DNA of 63,639 bases, the filler included, from Reticulomyxa filosa (lineage: Eukaryota > Protista > Foraminifera): assembly GCA_000512085.1 (NCBI GenBank). It is 20 parts of 20 records of this genome, joined end to end, with 100 filler letters (N's around TTAATTAATTAA, not from the genome) between each part and the next. Parts side by side here need not be neighbours in the genome. Positions count along the whole stretch, not along the records: positions 13,862 to 22,472 come from ASPP01015948.1; positions 22,573 to 23,829 come from ASPP01046152.1; positions 23,930 to 24,941 come from ASPP01021713.1; positions 25,042 to 28,036 come from ASPP01034840.1; positions 28,137 to 29,878 come from ASPP01014182.1; positions 29,979 to 31,548 come from ASPP01027088.1; positions 31,649 to 34,607 come from ASPP01005040.1; positions 34,708 to 42,507 come from ASPP01001859.1; 12 more parts are not named here. One strand, 5' to 3'. The position numbers and the translations under genes are program-made. This document shows positions 20,892 through 34,775 of the stretch, piece by piece (within the stretch, counting starts at the first letter, position 1; each line of letters opens with the position of its first letter). A model generated the notes under the pieces. It had not been told where the DNA came from and did no database searches. It was given only the letters and a program-made list of their open reading frames with translations.

Positions 20892-22090
20892 TAGGAACGT
20901 GTTTATTGCAAAATTTAGTGTTTATCTGAATGTTACAATATTTTATAATTGACCAACTTTTCAGATTAATACTTTAAGTTCATTGGGTCGAGAGGAACGC
21001 CAAGAAAAATTTTCCTCTCTTTCTTCGTACTAGAGTCTCTTTTGAATTTCATCCCAACATTGTTACCAAGTTGGAAGCTCTTAAAAATATGTTAATTGGG
21101 TATGTAATTACCCAAAATAAATTAGAACGTCTTGTTCAACTGATTCAAAGAAAGAGTCTTAGAAATATGTTGTACTTGAGCTGTACTTTTCTTTTCGTTC
21201 ATCAAAATCCTTTCAACAGCTGGTCAATACTAATATAGTTATGAGCTGGAACAAAAACAGCGACAATTCATTGGCATAGTCTGGATGTTCCTCATGTCGG
21301 ACATAGTAAAGTTTTCAAATGGACAAACAACGGAGAACCCTTTAAACTGTACAAGTGAACGTCATATTGCCTTCCTCTTTCTTTGTTTAATACATAAACA
21401 GAAAGAAAGGCAAAGCAAAAGAAGAAAAAAAATGCAGTAAATATAACCAAATTTGGGATTTATTTTGGTTTTGTTTCTATAAAAACTCTAACAAAAGCCA
21501 CTTAAAAGCTCGTTCATTGTTTCAATCAAATCACCAAAACAAGAATTTCAATCGAGTTGATTGAAATAAACACACCATTTAGCTTTTGCAACGTTACATC
21601 ACATAAGAACAAAAACTTGTTTAGTTAAATACGACCGCTTTGCGAATCGTTTTTGTTTTCGCAAAACAAAAAAAAAAGCAAGTAAATAAACAAAATAAAG
21701 CAAGTAAAAGTCAATAAATTAGCACTTGAGTATGGAATAAAAAAGTAAATAAAGGAAGAACAGAAAAGATGCTGATACACTACCAGCCTTGTGTCCAAAA
21801 AGTAACAAAGTTGAAAAGAGAAGATTGAGATTGAGGATTAACAGGTTTTTGAACGTTTCTGTTTTCTAAAACCAATTCCGAATTTGAATTCGACGTTTTA
21901 TGTTGTATTCCTCTAAAGTGTATAAATATAATTTTATAAAAAAGGATATGAGGAGAAATAAAGTAAAAAAGAGTTTAACTTTGAATGAAAGGAAGGACGA
22001 ATAAATTCTGAAAATTTTCTTTTTTTTTTTATTAAAGTTATAATGTGAATAAATTTAAAATAAAAATAAAAATAAAAATATATAACAAAC

Positions 22091-22410
22091 CACTCCAATT
22101 AAATAAGAATGTTGTTGATCAGAAGAAGGAATCCAAGTAGCATCTTGTTGTAAAGCTTGTCGAGCATTTTGTGGATGATAATAAACAATATGTAAAGCAT
22201 TTTCATCAGATTGATAATCACGAAAAGCACCATAATTTGTAAATCTTTTATGAATTGCAAGTTTTTCACTAAAAGGAAATCCGAATACTTTAATATATGT
22301 ATATATATATATTTTTTTTTAAATAAATAAAAATAAATATATAAATATAATAATAATAATAATAATACCTGTAATATGACATGGATTTTGTATTTCAGTT
22401 TTTAATTGAT
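22091..22410 (-). CDS. Nup35/Nup53-type RRM exons (partial gene)
   Basis: Manual translation gives CHIT|VFGFPFSEKLAIHKRFTNYG...LHIVYYHPQNARQALQQD...YLIGV. This matches the VFGFP...FxxYG...A..AL..D...IGV pattern, and the exon is flanked by GT-AG introns. It is not in the ORF track. Confidence 0.65.
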
Positions 22411-22585
22411 TAATATTATTAATATTATTAATATTATTATTAATATTAATATTATTATTATTATTATTATTANNNNNNNNNNNNNNNNNNNNNNNNNNNN
22501 NNNNNNNNNNNNNNNNTTAATTAATTAANNNNNNNNNNNNNNNNNNNNNNNNNNNNNNNNNNNNNNNNNNNNGAATGAGACATAA

Positions 22586-23827
22586 GTGGATAGTGAATAT
22601 CTCTTCTTCTTCTTCTTCTTCTGTTCCACAAAAGCAAATGCCATTGGATATGATGGTGGCATCCAATCATGGACTTTTAAAAGAGAAAAATGCGGTGTAA
22701 TTAAAACAGCTTGCGATGCTGGCAATTGGACAATACAACATCGCACACGTTTTGTGTACGACCTGTTGTGTGTCGTTCAACACGTAGAAGATTGGGATAA
22801 TGACACATGCCAAGCCAACTTTCGATACACTCTCGAGACTATGTTTGGCACAGTGGACAAATCGATCAATCCCACGGCCCAATTGTCACTCTCTTCTTGC
22901 CCCTTTTCATTTCTCAAAAACTGCTTGATGTTCCAATCTTTAGAGCGTTTGCTACTAAACAAATGGGAGCTTCCAGAGATCAAATTGCAGCACGATGAAA
23001 GCGTCATTTTGAATCGGGTGTATGAGAGGCTCTATTTCAATTTGGATATCACGTTGGAGGAAAATGATTTCGAGCAACGTATACACACAGACAACGACCG
23101 AATTAGAGCCATTTCCAAATGGAAAGTGCAATTAACTAAATATATTAATACCATTGATACAGGTATGAATGATAGTATATGGACAATTTATCAATGTTTG
23201 TCGTATTTCCTAATCCATCAAAAGCTCTTTGGCGATGCTTGGAAGGCCTATCAACGCAGCTTCCATATATGGTTTTTGAAACAATGCTGTATGTCTAAAG
23301 GCTTCATTTGGACACAAATGTTCGTCTTACAACCATATGTCAAAAGTCAATTGTGTCAGGATCCTCTCAATCCTATTTCTCAATTCCGACATCAAGTTGA
23401 TATTGAATGGCTTATCAGTACATGTGACAAAGATTTTGGTACTAAATATACAAGTTTTAAGAAATGTTTAGTGGATGGAGAAATTTCCATTTCTCAAACG
23501 CATGAGAAACACGATTTTGCCTGTTTGTTAACCACTGTATTGTGTACGTTCAATTTGTCGAACGTTCCTTTGAAATTGGGCACCCTTTTACCAAGTTTTG
23601 AATTTCACTGTTTGTTTGCAAAATAAATGAAAATAAGATGTCTGATTTGTAAAACTATAGAAATTCAAGCAAATTTGTTGAAAAGTCGACAAATAACTTC
23701 TAGCATTGAGTCCAATTGTATTCGAAACTTGCTTTCCGGTATTCCTTCCAGCACAAAGAAAACAATGTTTTCCTTGCCAAATTGTAAAGACATAAACCAT
23801 GAGATTCTTGTCAGACTTTGCTTTCAT
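22586..23827 (+). CDS. Hypothetical protein fragment(s)
   Basis: 346-aa ORF plus an adjoining ORF. No motif recognised. Confidence 0.4.
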
Positions 23828-25279
23828 TGNNNNNNNNNNNNNNNNNNNNNNNNNNNNNNNNNNNNNNNNNNNNTTAATTAATTAANNNNNNNNNNNNNNN
23901 NNNNNNNNNNNNNNNNNNNNNNNNNNNNNGCTCTTCCAATAAGCTTTTGAAAACTGCTTCTTCTTTTTCTGGAGTTGGGAAACTTAAAAAATTGTATGGA
24001 GGACTGGATCTTATTTCTGACATTTTTCTTTTTCAAAGAAAAGGGAGATTTTTGTTGGTCCTTAAGTACTTATAACAAAACAGTTTGCTAATATTTCTGA
24101 ATTTGGAAAATCTTAAATTGTTCTAAGTTGGTACAAGGAGACTGTATGATATTTTTGATTTTTTCACAAATAAATGGTTTGCGTCCAAAGAAGATTTGAT
24201 AATAAATTCTTTAGTCACAATAAAAGAAGACGACACCATTGCACACGAGCCTTTAATTAAATTTTTTTTATTCGATTGCAAGTATTTGATACTTGCCTCA
24301 AATTTTTTGATTTTTTTTATAATACTAATTTCAATCATCTTTTAGTTTATCTGATATCTTTCATCAAATTATGTATCGTAAAAAATTTCTCAAAGTAGAG
24401 AATATGCAAATGGACTGATTTTGCAAGAAAAAAAACAATAAGTGCTCAAAAGAGCCACGCATAAGACTGTGCAAAATTAGGGATTGATTCTTGCCACTAT
24501 CCCTGGTAAAAAAAGACATCGACTAGTATCTTCTTGTCATCACGTAGGAGTAGATAACAAGAAGAATAACGTATAACAGAAAGGATAGGATATTTTAAAC
24601 GAGATACTAAATATTGTATTAATCTGTATCATGATCAGATCACATTCAAGTGTAGGCATCAAACAATAAAGGCATAATCTCAAATACTTGGATTGCAAAT
24701 GTTTTTGTGTCCAATTGATGGAGCAGCTCATCGACTTTTTCAAAGGCTTTAACGCATGTGCTGCGATGATTGACTATCAAGGGGTGAATGAGGACCCAAC
24801 CAATTTTATTTTCGTTAAGAAAATCCCTTCTTGGTGCCATATGATATATATATTTTTATTTTCGGGACCAAGTCGCGTATTTCTTCTTTGATTTTGATGC
24901 CAATTTTATTTTTGGACTTTAGGGCTCCTCCGAAATCTTTTNNNNNNNNNNNNNNNNNNNNNNNNNNNNNNNNNNNNNNNNNNNNTTAATTAATTAANNN
25001 NNNNNNNNNNNNNNNNNNNNNNNNNNNNNNNNNNNNNNNNNAGTAGTAAGAAACTGACAACAAAGGAGTTGTATTTGTTGGTGTACAACTGCGGCTCACT
25101 GTCGTTGTGGTTTTACGCATTGATAAAACTCTATCTAAACATACCAATCGATTGGTTGTTTTCACACAACACCAATTTATCCTTTGTCCAAAACACAACG
25201 GAATAAATCTTCGCAATGTAATGTCTTCAATCCATTGAAATAGTACACTCTGCTATCGGCCTTGTCAAAGGTGATGTTT

Positions 25280-26453
25280 TCACATGTGTAATGCAAGTGT
25301 TTGGACGAATTTTAGCACTTTACCTCCCTTACAAAGGTGCATGGCTACTCTTTGCTTTGCTGCAATCGTGCGAGCGCACGCGTAGTATAAGATCTCCGGC
25401 CAGTATGACCAGGAGTGGCTGTGACAATGCAAAAGAATAAAACAAAAATATTTTCTTTCAAAATGTCGTGCACTGCCACGTGGAGTTGGAATGATAAACA
25501 ATTGTGACAATTGGTCGATTTCAATCTTTAATGCCTCGGAAAAGGACTGTCGATTTCCATCGGATATGATGGAGTCATATCTTGCTCTTCCACTTTCGTC
25601 CAATCGAAAGTAGTAACATAAAGCCAAAGCAATGTTCAATGCTCTCCCTCCTGCTTCCAATCTGGTTTGATGTTTGTTCAATTTGCCAATGCAAAAATTT
25701 CAAGACATTTGCTCACATCACGCAATGACACCGCAATGATCTTTATTTGATCACTGATTTTCACTCCATACAAACTGCGATCGCTCCAATATCCAGAGAG
25801 AATTGTTCATCTCATCCAAAAATATCCAAATCTATATCTTCTTATCTCTATCCACTTCTGCATTGCAATCATGCAATACTTTTCGAATCTCTGTCCTTCC
25901 AAATCCTCCATGCACATCCACCTCAATCAAATTCACATTGGCTGCATGGCACAAACATTTGATCACATGCTTCTCTCAAATCATTTGGATATCTCTTCGA
26001 ATAAATCTACTTTTGCCCATTCCAACCTGCTTCGATGTATACAATTGTATCATGATTGCTCCATATCAATGCGATGCCAAGCAAAACGCGGTTGATATGT
26101 TCACCAATTTCGTCGTGGCGTAATGAGGTTGTGTTATCAATATCCAATACCAGCTCGCCGTTTATATTCCCTTGTAACACTTGGTCACATGTGGCAAAGT
26201 TCCAGATGCCATTGGCGGCAGCCTCTTGCAAGTGTGTCAGACTCTGTTTTGTTTGCACTTTGTCGTCTTCGTTGATCGATGAGGAAATGGAGGACAAGTT
26301 CACATCGACGTATTTCTTTAATTGCTGGACAAATTCAGAGCCTTCAAAATGAAGTAACACGATCGCCCTGGTGAGGTCGGTCATGTTTTTCAAGGGACTC
26401 TTCCACAGTTTATCTTGCATCGCAGGATTGAAACGTCGCAGACAGAGAAGCAA
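25280..26453 (-). pseudogene. Degraded RNF213/mysterin-like AAA+ gene fragment
   Basis: The minus strand near 25690-25740 reads IAVSLRDVSKCLEIF, followed by ALNIALALCYYFRL. Both resemble RNF213-like AAA+ segments. The region has several stops and frameshifts. Confidence 0.5.
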
Positions 26454-28001
26454 GCTATCGAAATTCTGATACTCTTACTTAGCACATGGAGTGTGTTTAA
26501 AGTCTGCGTAGTTGGTATAATTTTTATTGCTCGCCAATTACTATCTTCAAATAAAATCAACTTTTTTTTTTTAAAAAAATTTCTTGTATCAACCTTTTAA
26601 AAATAACAATATGAATTGGACTCTTTCTTATCGACACCATCATTCGACTTGCCTTGCAACTAGTCGCCACTTTGAACATGTGATCACTTGCGACAGTATT
26701 TCGAACAATATTACTACATCAAAATCTTTGCATAGTAATATCCACTAATTGTGCCACCAGTGTAGATCATCATTATATATAATTTCCATACAATTACAAT
26801 TAAAATAAATAATTATAACCAAATTGCTACAACTTGTTCTGTTTCCATTTAATTCGACCTATTAAATATATAAATAAAAAAATAATAACTTAACATAAAA
26901 ATAATAACAACAATCGTGATATTTGATTTGTTATTTTGTTTGTCAGAGTTTGTATTGAGGCTTATCTTTGTTTGAAAACAAATAAAAAAATAATAAAGCA
27001 ATAAATGCATTCCAGCTTCAACATATTTGAGTGGACAGTAGGTAAAATCACAAGATTATCGCATAACTTAAAAAAGGGTAAATTGCAATTCTACCAATTT
27101 GAAGCTACTTATACTTTTTCTAACCTTTCACCTTTTATTATGAATCTTTAATTGTCAAAAAAAATACAATTTATTTTTCTAATATTCGCTTTCGTACAGC
27201 AGCAAGACTGAAAAAGAGCGTTCACTACGTTTCTCCCTAAAATTAGAAAAAATAAAAAACTAGAAGCCTAAGGTATGAATTATCAAGAAGTACTCGAAAA
27301 GCAATTTGGAATTCCTCAATTTGATCACTTTAGAGCGTCAAATGGAACCTCTCAGATGGCTGGAAAAATTCGAGATGAATTGTTGGAGATTTTAGACGCG
27401 TATGTAAAGTGTTGAATTGTGTATGTATTGGATTGAAGACCGTAGCAAAAGTAAAGGAAGAAACAAATAAACAAATAAACAAACAAATAAAACAAACATT
27501 AGACTTCACACAGTTGCTCAGCTACAAAACGATCGTCAATTAATAAATGCATTGCAATCTCAATTTGATTGGATAATGACGTTTCGATTTTGTTTTTTTG
27601 TGTGTGTGTGTTTTTTTTTCAAAGCAACAACCAGTTGAATGTTTTACCTTTTAATTAATTTTTGAAAAAAAAAAAAAAAAAAAAAAAAAAGGGAGAAGAC
27701 AAAGTACGAAGACTACGCATATCATCACTTTAAAATGCATAACTTTCCAGAGCGATACTCTGATCGTCCTAGTTCATTCGAGATGAGCAACACAGGAGAC
27801 AACGCATTGAAATGGAGACACAGCACCAAGCCAAGCAAATTGGATATCTCGCATGGACATTCATTGACCATTCAAAGTGGTTTTGGTCGATTGGGTAGTG
27901 ATAAAAAATTTGTGATGGAGCATTCAACCAATTACTTTGGTGTCGAAAGTCATAATAACAATAACAAAAAAAAAAATAATAATAACAACAATAAAAATAA
28001 A

Positions 28002-28036
<35 letters not shown>

Positions 28037-28215
28037 NNNNNNNNNNNNNNNNNNNNNNNNNNNNNNNNNNNNNNNNNNNNTTAATTAATTAANNNNNNNN
28101 NNNNNNNNNNNNNNNNNNNNNNNNNNNNNNNNNNNNATACGCATGTACAATTCGAATTGTATATAAAAAAAAAAAAAAAAGTAATGTGTTGTGTTGTGTT
28201 TGATGTGAAGCATCG

Positions 28216-28987
28216 ATGTGTTTGCTGGCACTACTATTGATAATATGTGGGGTGGCGAGCCTGTTTGTGGGAATCGTTGGTGTGATGAGTGGATTTGTAT
28301 TGATAATGACGACAGTATACGTCGTATCGAAAACCAATGAGCTAGTGAGCATGCTCGAAAAGTTGCAATGTCTTGGCCAATTGAAGCCATTGGGTGAAAT
28401 CGAAATAACCAAAGAACGTATGGCAGAAATGACACCACAAGAAATGGAAGTCACGATTCACTCACTTTTGGAACACATTAATTTTGATCAAATCGAATAC
28501 ACTTTGGAATCATTCAAACAAATTAAAGTTTTTTTTTTTTTTTTTTGGGGAGGAGGAGCCCCCTTTTCATAGCGCTTGTAATCCTTGTTATAATATATAG
28601 AATGCATTGCAAGTGTCACCGGCATTGGTCCAAAAACACATCTATGTGTATTGTGCTGTGAGTTTAATTTCCGGATTCATTGTGGTCATTGCCACCGGGA
28701 CAGTTTCTAAGAAAACTTCGGGGGATATGGCTTTGCTTGTCATTGGCATTTTCACTCTGATATTTGGCTTCATTTTAGGCATTGTCGCTTGGGGTGGGAA
28801 AATTGGTGTCAACAAATTTCTTTCTACTCCTCATATGGCCAACTTGAAACAGCAAATTGATGAAAAGGAAGAAGAAATTGACAAGTTGGTCAAAACTATC
28901 ATCAAACCTCTTTTTCAAGAATTGAAAAAAGCACAACTCTCACAAAAACAAGAGCGTACTCAAATCGAGACTCGATTACTATCTTAA
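28216..28987 (+). CDS. Membrane protein with four hydrophobic segments and a coiled-coil tail; two exons
   Basis: Two ORFs with hydrophobic pairs, separated by a GT-poly(T)-AG intron. Confidence 0.5.
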
Positions 28988-29367
28988 AAAAAAAAAAAAA
29001 TGGATTGTTCGCATGCATCAACTTATTATAACAAAAAGAACTTTTTTCAGGATGCGTAAATGTGCACTCTTTTTTGTCGGTTTGAATTAGTTTTGCTTTT
29101 TCTTTTCATCGTGTTATGGTTTGCACCTGGGTTGCTCGCTTTGATCTTAACTTAAAGTGTAGCTATCTTGTGAACAATTAACGCTTTGTCGATTTTTTTT
29201 AAAAAAAGAAACATAAGATGAAATACACAAGTAATTCAATTTAAAACTTTTCAACATGTTCACATTTCTTTTTTTAATCTTGGCTTTTCAAATAGCACAA
29301 GTAGCGCGGTCTCAGTTCAGTGCGTTGGGCCACCTTGATAAAAAAAAAGAGCATCAAAAATTAACAA

Positions 29368-29841
29368 ATGAACGCGGACGAAGTACCACCACAATTAAAA
29401 AACATGAAACGCTTTTTGCGAGAAGCAAAAAAACTCGAAAAAGCAAAGCCTGTCGCAGCATATTATTGTTGAGAACTTCGGGCGAGGGTGGGATTGGGAA
29501 AGGGGTACGAAGAGGGGAAATAATTAAAAAAAAAAAATCAAATCCAAACAAAAAAAGGCCGAATGTATGCAGTTCAAGAGACGATGAAACTACCACGAGA
29601 AAAAAAAGACGAAACAGTGAAGCTATGGCTGGGTGCTCAAATGACAAAATTGGAACAGATGAAAGTAAGCACGACGCCGGAGGAAGCCAAAAACCAAGTG
29701 CTCGCATTAGCAGACAGCATATATGCACAAGCAGACAAAGTGGACAGAGAAGGGAACGCAACCAAAAATACCGCGGCAGCATTTAACACTTGTTTCATTC
29801 TATACGAAGTGTTAAAACAATTTGGTGAGCAATCTGAAGAA
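29368..29841 (+). CDS. VTA1: Vta1/LIP5 (ESCRT, N-terminal MIT domains), 3'-partial
   Basis: Spliced translation (intron 29468-29557) gives MNADEVPPQLKNMKRFLREAKKLEKAKPVAAYYCRMYAVQ...ADKVDREG...AAAFNTCFILYEVLKQFGE. Confidence 0.85.
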
Positions 29842-32455
29842 GTTAAGTTGAGTTTGATTTTGACTTTTTTTTTTTTTTNNNNNNNNNNNNNNNNNNNNNN
29901 NNNNNNNNNNNNNNNNNNNNNNTTAATTAATTAANNNNNNNNNNNNNNNNNNNNNNNNNNNNNNNNNNNNNNNNNNNNAAAAAACACTTCAATCAATACA
30001 TCAATATGAACGTACTGGCAATATCACGTGACATGTTGCTCAACCACTTGTGGAAATTGGAAACGTTGACATATGAGCAATGTTTACAATTATGCAACAA
30101 CATGGCGAGTGCATCATCATTGCAAATTTTCAACAATGATCAACAAATAAAATTATACGTATTTTTCAAAGCGTTCTGAGTGCCAACACAAAGCAGTCCA
30201 AAAAAAACTTGTGCTCCAAAACGTCGACAACGAGTGTATTCATATCCACTTCAACTATACAATTGACAACATACAAATTGACATTCACGGCAGTGGCATT
30301 CAGGTACATAACAGTGACGAAAGACTAAATGGAAAAAAAATGGTCATTAAAAAATAAAAAAGGGGATGTTTACGTATATCAAGAATATGAAGGGGATATG
30401 ATGAATTGTGTGTGTTATTGACTCTATTTAGAAATGACTTTTTTTTAAAAAAATAAAAATAACAGCGTATTGCAAAATGACAAAATGGAGGTAATGATAA
30501 ATACTCCACGGTCGAAAAGAAGGCGCATCAGCCAGGAACGAGTGTCGGTTATGGACGTTGGCTGTGATCAATTGTTTTGGATGAAACACAGCTACAAGCG
30601 CGAATCCAACCACCAACATTATCTGCAGCCACAGCAGATTTTTTTTTTCAAGTCTCGTCACCATCCAAGCAAGTACCAAGCACAAATTTGTGCAAAGCCA
30701 AACTCGTCCAAGTATATCGCTCACAGCGTCTCCACAATTTTGAAAATTTATCAAATGTTGCAATGTTTAGTCCTTTTTCTTTTTTAGTTTCTTTTTTTGT
30801 TTAAGAACAAACAAACAAAACAGATATTATGACTGTGCAGTGCCGTTGGTAAATGGAAGGACAACGTATACTTGAAACAACTGATCAACCAGCTGCAATT
30901 GCTGGCGCAAACTGTAACATCAAGTCAGTCGCTGTTATTTCATGACCCAAATGCCTTTGATGTGATAGATGTGTTATTAGCGCAAATGAGGAAAATAGGT
31001 GACAACGCAGCCGACGAACAAGTTGGTCGTGGTGCCTATCCTCGTTTATGCAAATAGCACTCTGTTGCAATAGGCGCGATCTCATAAGGCACTTAACAAT
31101 CAAAATAATAGTCGGACAAACTGGCTGTCATTGCAATATCATATCCATCCACACATTGCTACAATTCAATTTCAAACACTTGCTGCCAACAATGATATGT
31201 ACACTACGTCACAATTACTATTAATTCAAACGTCGACGATGCCACTGATATTGTCAAGTTATTTTGTGTTTTTTTCTTGTTGTTCGATAATATTCTTTTT
31301 TTTTGCTTGCTATTTGTGCATATAAAATAATTGCAAACATTATGGATTAGCTGGAATTGGAAAACTAAAGGTGGATGAATATTATAACTACTTAATGTGG
31401 TTTGCGATGCAAGCGCTGCAATTCCAAAGGGCAAAATAATGTAATGTCTTTTATCTTTTATTTATATTCGATTCATAACTATGGCTAGTGTGACTATTTA
31501 CAATAGGACAATCAAATTGAATGAAAAGAAGAAAATGGGGTAGCAACCNNNNNNNNNNNNNNNNNNNNNNNNNNNNNNNNNNNNNNNNNNNNTTAATTAA
31601 TTAANNNNNNNNNNNNNNNNNNNNNNNNNNNNNNNNNNNNNNNNNNNNGGCACCAATTTTTTGGTATCTTAGTGCCTTCTTTCAAAGAGATCAAAGAGAT
31701 CTATGGGAAACATAAAACAATTTGATTTTGTGCACGAGTAATCACTGTTCATTTTCCACATCACTGCAATCAATTTTTTGAAGATTTTGCAGTAAAATCG
31801 TGTAAATCTGTTTGCTGTCTTAACTATCCCAAATTGAAAAGTGAAAATTTGATGTAGCCGTGGTGTAAAATCAGAGCAGGGTAAGAATATGACCAAAAAA
31901 AAAAAACATATTGAGAATCGAATTTGTAATCAAAGATAAATAGTAATTTCATCTTCTAAACGTGGTGCAATTTTAGCTATGTGACAGTGATGCATTTCCA
32001 AAGGCAGATGGTTTATTCTAAAAAAAAATAAATTGAAAAGCTAGATAAAATTATCCGTTTGGCAAGACTAACAAACAAATTTTATTTTTTTTTTTTTTTT
32101 GCAAACCAAGTAAATAGGTACAAGGAAAAAATTATTTTACACTAGGAATATTAGGAGGAAAAAATAGATAAATTTAAAACATTCACATTTCACGAATGCT
32201 GGAAAAAGCATTAATTCGAATGTTTTCTTTTTTGACGTGCTTTACATTATTTCCAGCACTACTTCAAAATACGCAAAAAAAAAATAGTTAGAAGATACAC
32301 TTGTCCATTTATTTTGATTTATGTTGCAACAAAAAACGAAATTCCAAATTTATTACATTTTAATCTATTGAACATTAAAAGGAATAAGCTTCAAATTATT
32401 ACGATGACAACAATCTGATTGCAGTTTGTTGGGATCGCAAACAAAGAAATAACTA

Positions 32456-32492
<37 letters not shown>

Positions 32493-32608
32493 GCAAAAGA
32501 AAAGACTACAGCGTTGTATGTTCAGAGGTCTAACCGAAAGATACCCCTTTAAAATGTATGATGGTATTGTAATTCTACGTTTACTTTTATGTTTGTGTTT
32601 GTCACAAG

Positions 32609-33817
32609 TCATCCCCACAATCGAATAGTTCTATCAGATGAGCATGAAACAATTGCTTCGCTGTCCGGTGAAATATCCACACAAAAGACAGCTCGCAAAT
32701 GATCGTCCATAATTTGTACCACTTTTTTGGCTTTCACATCCCAAATTGTAATCTTAGTGTCATCCGAGCAAAACACAACAAAAGAGCCATCGGGTGAAAA
32801 TAAGACATCGTTGATGTCATACAAATGGCCTTCTTGAAACTTCGCATCAGTTTCAGAATGGATATCCCAAAATCGAACAGTGCCATCAAATGCGGCAGAG
32901 ACAATGGTTTTGTTATCGGGTGAAAATTGCACCGCAGAAATGAGATGCGAATGTCCCTTCAATTCGGTCAGCAATGTCGTGGATTCAACATCCCACATTT
33001 GAATAGTCCTATGTGCAGATAGAATTTTGTGGCCATCCGATGAAAATACAACACATGATGAGCTTGTTTTCAATTTCAATTGTTTGGTCATATTTCCTGT
33101 ATTAATATCCCAAAATCGAATTGTTTTGTCATATGACGTTGATGCAATGGTATGTCCATTTGGTGAAAATTGCATATCGATCACAGGACCCGTATGTCCT
33201 TGCAATGTCCTCAATTCTTTTCCTGATCTCACATCCCATAGACGTATCGTTTTGTCAACTGAGCCTGAAGCCACCATTTTCCCATCAGGTGAGAAGATTG
33301 CAACATTTACCCAATTCGAATGTCCTGCCAATATATGCAATGTTAATGTCGATTCGACATCCCATATTCGAACGGTCCCATCTCTAGAAGCTGATACAAG
33401 CTTACTACCGTCTGGTGAAAATTGCACTGTCAATACAAAGTCTAAATGTCCTCCAAAGATTTTTAACTGTTCAAACACTTTGGCCTGTTTTTCAAGAATC
33501 CATTTTGTTACGCATTCCATTCTTCATTTCTACTGTTTATAACACCATATTTTAATACACACACACACACACATATATACACATCGTCCTGCACTCAACA
33601 TATTTTGCTATCATTTTGCTGAATTCGTCAATCCATCCCAAATTTATTTCCGCACCACGAAGCCAATTCCTCAAAATTATTCGCATGTTCTTTTTTGTCT
33701 TTTTTTGTTTGTTTGTTTGTTTGTTTGTTTCAGACTGTCAACAGGAAAAAACTACATCTTTGGCCGCCTTATTTTTTGGGATGTAATTACCAAGTATGGT
33801 GGTTCGAAATCATCCAT
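32609..33817 (-). CDS. WD40-repeat protein (about 7 repeats) with short N-terminal exons
   Basis: Repeated GH...FSPDG...SxSxDxTIRxWD units in 32609-33520. Upstream exons encode MDDFEPP... and GWIDEFSKMIAKY. Confidence 0.92.
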
Positions 33818-34707
33818 TTGCTCAAAAATTGTGCTTTTTCAAAATGATATTATATCGTCTATTACTTTCTTTTTGATAAAAAAGGGGGGCACAAGAAACA
33901 CTTGTTCCAGTTCTTTTTTTGCTTTATTCTCTGGGTTTTTTGCCATATCGTTTAAAAGTTTATGAAACACTGCAAAAAAAAGCACAACAAACAATTAGCG
34001 TGATCAATACTCAAGAAAAGTAACTTTACATTACAATAATAATCGTGTAGACTTAGTATTTAAGCGTTATAAATTGTGCAAATAAGTTTAATTTATCCAC
34101 AATCACAATAAAACAAAAACAAAAAAATAGAAGGCGTGGACCCGTTCGCCTCGTTGTTTGCAAAGCAGTCAAAAAGGGGGGGTTAATATTCCCTTTACCT
34201 AAAACTTAATTATTGTGAAACATGAGCGAGGATTTGACGTCAATGTCAACATTAGAGGACTTTCCCAGCGTCCATGCAGCCTATGAAATATTCTTGGAGT
34301 ATCATAAAGCTCCTCCAGAAAACGCCACACAACTGGTGAAATGGTGTGGCAAGCAGGGTATAAAAGATATCCCGTACGCCCATGTCAACAAATACCTTCG
34401 ATTGAGGTTACTACTTTGAAGGAGAGGCATAAACAATGGGAGGGGAGAAAAACGTGGATCCAAGATAGGGTAAAAAAAAGGGGGAAAGAGGGGGAAGGAA
34501 ACAAAAAAAAAAAAAAGCAATAGTGTCAAGCCCCAAGCCATTAGTACACGAATGTTCCCCGTTCATTGTTTTTTGTCCCCCTTTTTTTTTTTTTAACACC
34601 GCACAACNNNNNNNNNNNNNNNNNNNNNNNNNNNNNNNNNNNNNNNNNNNNTTAATTAATTAANNNNNNNNNNNNNNNNNNNNNNNNNNNNNNNNNNNNN
34701 NNNNNNN

Positions 34708-34746
<39 letters not shown>

Positions 34747-34775
34747 GAGAATAATATGACCGGAAATTAAATATA

